Positions 63,687 to 64,000 of a DNA stretch of 64,000 nt are shown here, piece by piece. The stretch lies in assembly GCA_004022145.1 (NCBI GenBank), contig RCNU01000002.1, one strand, 5' to 3'. The notes below the pieces were generated by a model that was not told where the DNA came from, did no database searches, and saw only the letters and a list, made by a program, of their open reading frames with translations. Source of the stretch: Paecilomyces variotii. Its lineage: Eukaryota. The translations under genes were made by a program, and so were the position numbers. The first letter of the stretch is position 1. Each line of letters begins with the position of its first letter.

Positions 63687-64000
63687 ATGATGAAGCTGCT
63701 ACAGCTGGGCGCGAGTCTGCTCTCGTGGTCGTTATGTGCCACGGCTACGATTCTGGAGAATGGTCATGAAAGACTGAACCCGTGGCCTGGGCAGACTCAG
63801 AGCATTGCTCTCGATGAATCTTGGAAAAGTTACGGGCCAGACGTATCCCAGATTTCGTACAAGGGGCGTTGGGATAGTCAGCATATATCTTGTATGATTT
63901 TTATCTTTTTTTTTTTCCGTGTCTGATTACTCGTTCATATGTTCGATGCTAATTGATATCTAGGGTGGTCGTTCGTCTCTCTCTTGAGGTGTTGAAATAG
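63687..64000 (+). CDS. Secreted protein, probably CE2/GDSL-type esterase; 3'-truncated by the window edge
   Basis: Signal-peptide-like MMKLLQLGASLLSWSLCATA, then ..ISYKGRWDSQHIS|WWS (intron 63892-63963, 7-nt micro-exon 63964-63970). Resembles the YxGRW..WWS N-terminus of fungal GDSL/CE2 proteins. Confidence 0.55.

Noticed and set aside
1-64000. CRISPR arrays, tRNA/rRNA genes, transposases, secondary-metabolite backbone genes
   Set aside because: None recognised by eye; only simple microsatellites and homopolymer runs are present.

Overview
A gene-dense chromosome segment from a filamentous ascomycete, with spliceosomal GT..AG introns and CTRAC branch sites. Gene content and protein style suggest Eurotiales (inference). 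Genes in order: TPC1 thiamine-PP carrier (5'-truncated), alpha-2 tubulin (tubB type), EF-hand MscS channel, RIM15 kinase, ERG26, a two-domain UBE2Z-like E2, LIM-RhoGAP LRG1, a Borealin/Nbl1-like protein, RPN10, TRS23, a C2H2 protein, a KLAP1-like Zn-finger protein, a small CYSTM protein, an uncharacterised membrane protein, a PDR ABC transporter, and the start of a secreted CE2/GDSL-like esterase. The main result lies in the apparently empty RIM15-ERG26 interval. It carries the hallmarks of the telomerase RNA gene (TER) on the + strand: a CCCTAACCC template, an upstream boundary hairpin, a core-enclosing helix, a telomerase-type pseudoknot with an inserted helix, and a structured 3' region. 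Other observations are a 9-mer TACGGAGTA found only between genes, a start codon split by an intron (TRS23), micro-exons, and a CYSTM gene missed by the ORF track. No CRISPR array, tRNA, rRNA or recognisable transposon was seen. Splice sites and base-pairings were read by eye.
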